This document shows positions 63,101-64,000 of a DNA stretch of 64,000 nt, in pieces (position 1 is the first letter of the stretch; every line of letters begins with the position of its first letter). The stretch covers positions 79,238,001-79,302,000 of the forward strand of contig OZ076409.1 in the NCBI GenBank assembly GCA_964187785.1. The letters run 5' to 3'. The DNA comes from Amphiscolops sp. MND2022 (Eukaryota). The position numbers and the translations under genes are program-made. A model generated the notes under the pieces. It was not told the DNA's origin and ran no database searches. It saw only the letters and a list, made by a program, of their open reading frames with translations.

Positions 63101-64000
63101 AAAATGTCCGAATACCCTGCTGCATCAATGGAGACTTTCTTGGACAATTGTGACTTCGGTCGTGAGTTGCTCGCTGGAAAAACGTCTGAGGCTCAGGAGT
63201 TCCGCAGATATTGTCGTGATTTCCTGGATCAGCTGGTCACTGTCATTTTGAACAGTCCTAGTGTGTCATCTGTTGTGGCGAAAGGCCTCTGCAGTTTCAG
63301 TCCTGAGATTCTGTTGGAGGGAGATGCCCATTCCGTGTTTACCTTGTTTGCGGATCTTACTGGAGTATTGGTTTCCTGTGGAATTTTATCGTCCGATGAT
63401 TCGAACGCTGCTATTGCTCAATTCAGCAGTTACGTGGTGGAGAAAAGGAGGTGGCACGAAGGGTCTGACGTGAATGCCAGCGAGATCCCGGATGTGGTAC
63501 GCTATTTGCTGCAGGACTTTAGCTTTGTCGCTCGTCCGGAAGTGTGCCGAGTTCTGAAGTTATGCTGTCTTGTAGTTGGGGTCCCCGCAGTGCAGTATCC
63601 TCCCGTATCATTTGATCTGAGCGGCTGTGCTTTGAGTAAAGCTGTCTTCCATGATTGCGTACGCTTAGTGCAATCGTACGTTTTGTGTGCGGGGTATGAG
63701 CATCAGGTGTTCTTTACTGATGTGACTTTGGATGCGGTTCGAGATGCCATCGTTACTGCAGGGATCTTTTATATTACTCCCGGCTATGATCTCTGGAAGA
63801 ATTACTGTGATCCTGGTGTGGACTCATTCATCGCCAACTATCGCAAATTGTATTCTACATTTTTGCTGGAACGCCGCAAATCTTCAGAGAGGTATTATGT
63901 GGAGTGCAATAAAGCGAACAGACGTGCTCGTGGCAGTGTCGGGGCTTCTGGATCAGAGACCGGCAGTAATGTGAGCGGCGCCTCGAAGAAGAGTAAGAGC
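60183..64000 (+). CDS. Antisense 8-exon accessory gene of element E (>=982 aa), homolog of 24937-28871
   Basis: Exons 60183-60315, 60431-60685, 60764-60880, 61015-61113, 61211-61791, 62008-62628, 62717-62798, 62943->64000. All GT-AG with matching phases (1,1,1,1,0,0,1) and no stops. Motif CLVCKRDVAMGSQGSREFARHFQSDSH. Confidence 0.88.

Larger units (their letters stand above)
56417..64000 (-). mobile_element. Large LTR retrotransposon E, 3' part (pol expected beyond the right edge)
   Basis: 3' LTR, PPT and two accessory genes arranged exactly as in element B. Confidence 0.85.

Overview
Eukaryotic, repeat-dense window, probably invertebrate (taxon not determinable from sequence alone), made almost entirely of nested transposable elements; no host gene is evident. 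Contents: (A) a minus-strand Ty3/Gypsy element with single-frame gag-pol running off the left edge (1-~8990); (B) a young, complete 15.5-kb Gypsy element (16944-32434, ~1.53-kb near-identical LTRs, ACGGG TSD); (C) a decayed Gypsy with 200-bp LTRs (34563-38517); a BEL/Pao remnant; (D) a non-autonomous LTR element (45456-51074); solo-LTR remnants; MITEs; a (TATTG)n microsatellite; and (E) the 3' part of a second large Gypsy-type element on the minus strand (56417->64000). Main discovery: B and E have unrelated-looking LTRs yet carry the same accessory module between pol and the 3' LTR. One part is an antisense, multi-exon, GT-AG-spliced gene (~1200 aa) with a C2H2/BED-like zinc finger and a body resembling a catalytically altered hAT transposase; the two copies share intron positions. 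The other part is a head-to-head, sense ~280-aa ORF with an N-terminal SUMO-interacting-like motif that reads through the PPT into the 3' LTR. In these families gag also starts hundreds of bases inside the LTR.
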